DNA of 62,967 nucleotides, filler included, from Basidiobolus meristosporus CBS 931.73 (taxonomy: Eukaryota > Fungi > Basidiobolomycota): NCBI GenBank assembly GCA_002104905.1. It is 5 parts of 5 records of this genome, joined end to end, with 100 filler letters (N's around TTAATTAATTAA, not from the genome) between each part and the next. Parts side by side here need not be neighbours in the genome. Positions count along the whole stretch, not along the records: positions 55,800 to 62,967 come from MCFE01001357.1; 4 more parts are not named here. The stretch is one strand, 5' to 3'. Below the pieces are notes generated by a model. That model did no database searches. It saw only the letters and a list, made by a program, of their open reading frames with translations, and had not been told where the DNA came from. The first letter of the stretch is position 1; the number at the start of each line of letters is the position of its first letter. Shown one piece after another: positions 61,480-62,967 of the stretch. The position numbers were made by a program, and so were the translations under genes.

Positions 61480-62967
61480 ATCAAATTGGTGCAATGCACC
61501 CTGCTCAAGGGTATTAGTGCAGATTGGACAGACATGAGCTGGTGCATTAGCATTGCAGGGCCTGGTAATGAATCTTGCAAGGGAGCTGCTGCAATCTGGT
61601 TGCTGTTTACTGCAGTATGTCTTCTTCCTCTTAGAGCTCACCTTCAAATTCCTTAAGTTATTCACTTACCCCCTATCTGATACTTTGGAGCTGCTGCCTT
61701 AATGGGTTGCACTTGGAAGCCGCTTAGCTCTAATAGTATATCAAGTAGTAGATAATTCATCTGAGGCAAAAGCTCATTTAATATGTTCCTAGTTCCCAAA
61801 GCTGAGGTGCAAGCTGACACATCTGGCTCATACTGCATATATTGCACATGGGATTGTTTCCTTATCAAATCCCCTCACTTTCAGCTCATTCTTGATTTCT
61901 ATACTTGTCTTACTATATTTCTTCTTACATACATCTGCTGGCATCTTGATGTAAAACTTGTACCACAGCTCTCTACTCAAACTCTTCTATCTCTGTCAAG
62001 TCTCCAAGGCACCCAGCTCTGCTATATATATAACTATTATGAAGCAATTATCCATATTTTATCCTGTCAGTATTATCCCATTCTACCTTGCCCATATAAT
62101 CAGTATTATTGCCATATGATGTTTACTCTGATTAGTTATTAGCATTATTTATACCAGATGCTATTAGGCTTTGTAATCAGTATTTGTATATACATTAGGC
62201 AAGTACTAATGTCAGGACCCATGACATATAGGCCAAATCCATGTTATTATCCCTTCAGTTTCAATACTGTTTATGGTATCTCCATGTTACACAGGTTTCA
62301 GACAACTGATCTTTGATTGGTTGAATGTACTTAGCATTTTGCTACCTTTGAGGACCTTCTTTGAGTATTTTTAGCACTTAGCAATGCCATCCAGAATTCC
62401 ACTGATGCCAGGAATCTTCTAGAGCGTTGTCATCAGTAGTGACTGGGCAATCTGGAAAAGTATTTAAGGGAAGCCAATCTCCCATAATAAATCATCCCCT
62501 CTATCAGTAACACTTCTCCCTTATTGATTATCAGTTCATCACTGCATTTACCTTCAACAGTTCCACCTCAAAACTGCCATCAAAGAGCTTTTCAGGGTAG
62601 TGCGCAAGACACACAGAGGCCTTTGGAAACACTTGGGATATATTGACAATGACACCAGCAGTTTAGGCCCAGATGTTACTGCATCCAGCAGACACCTCAC
62701 ACACCTTGAGTTGTGTAGTTTCTCCCAGGAGTTATCTCTATACCACCACAATAGAACAAGTTTAATATATATAAAGACTAATGTGTTTGTTGAACATTCC
62801 ATGTGTTATTATATGATGCATCCTGGGTTACCAACATAGATAAAATTGCATCAGTTGCAGATTTCCTGTTTGATTATAGACTTGTGAGTAACTCAATAAT
62901 ATGATCACCAAGTCACTGTTTGGTGATGATATTTGCAACAGAATGATGGGATACATGGCAATTGCTG
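61480..62967 (-). mobile_element. Degenerate DNA transposase remnant, probably Mutator-like (MULE)
   Basis: CpG-depleted. Minus frames include ISQVFPKASVCLAHY and LAYMSWVLTL, which resemble MULE DDE-region motifs. Confidence 0.45.

Overview
Eukaryotic DNA, most likely from an early-diverging fungus (intron-rich genes with ~50-90 bp GT-AG introns; the taxon is an inference). The window is five assembly segments joined by artificial 100-bp N/TTAATTAATTAA spacers (16810, 27160, 44410, 55700), so adjacency across spacers is unproven. It alternates CpG-rich gene islands with strongly CpG-depleted nested transposon blocks. The gene islands hold UAP1, mitochondrial aspartate aminotransferase, glycerol-3-P acyltransferase, BST1/PGAP1, mitochondrial L16, an MLX-like bHLH-Zip, a DOPA-dioxygenase-family gene and several broken CpG-rich ORFs. 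The transposon blocks hold two to three Ty1/Copia families, a near-intact Ty3/Gypsy element, EnSpm/CACTA and MULE remnants, and solo LTRs. The most unusual items are: (1) a 736-bp foldback element in two copies (348+40+348 bp) whose junction fits no standard TSD and whose arms co-vary within each copy; (2) a Copia element with 368/369-identical LTRs around a coding region with 8 disruptions; (3) Copia priming by the tRNA-iMet anticodon half next to Gypsy priming by the iMet 3' end; (4) a 1.2-kb TG..CA insertion carrying a CpG-retaining promoter-like segment and a CCCCT (STRE-like) array. All counts were made by eye.
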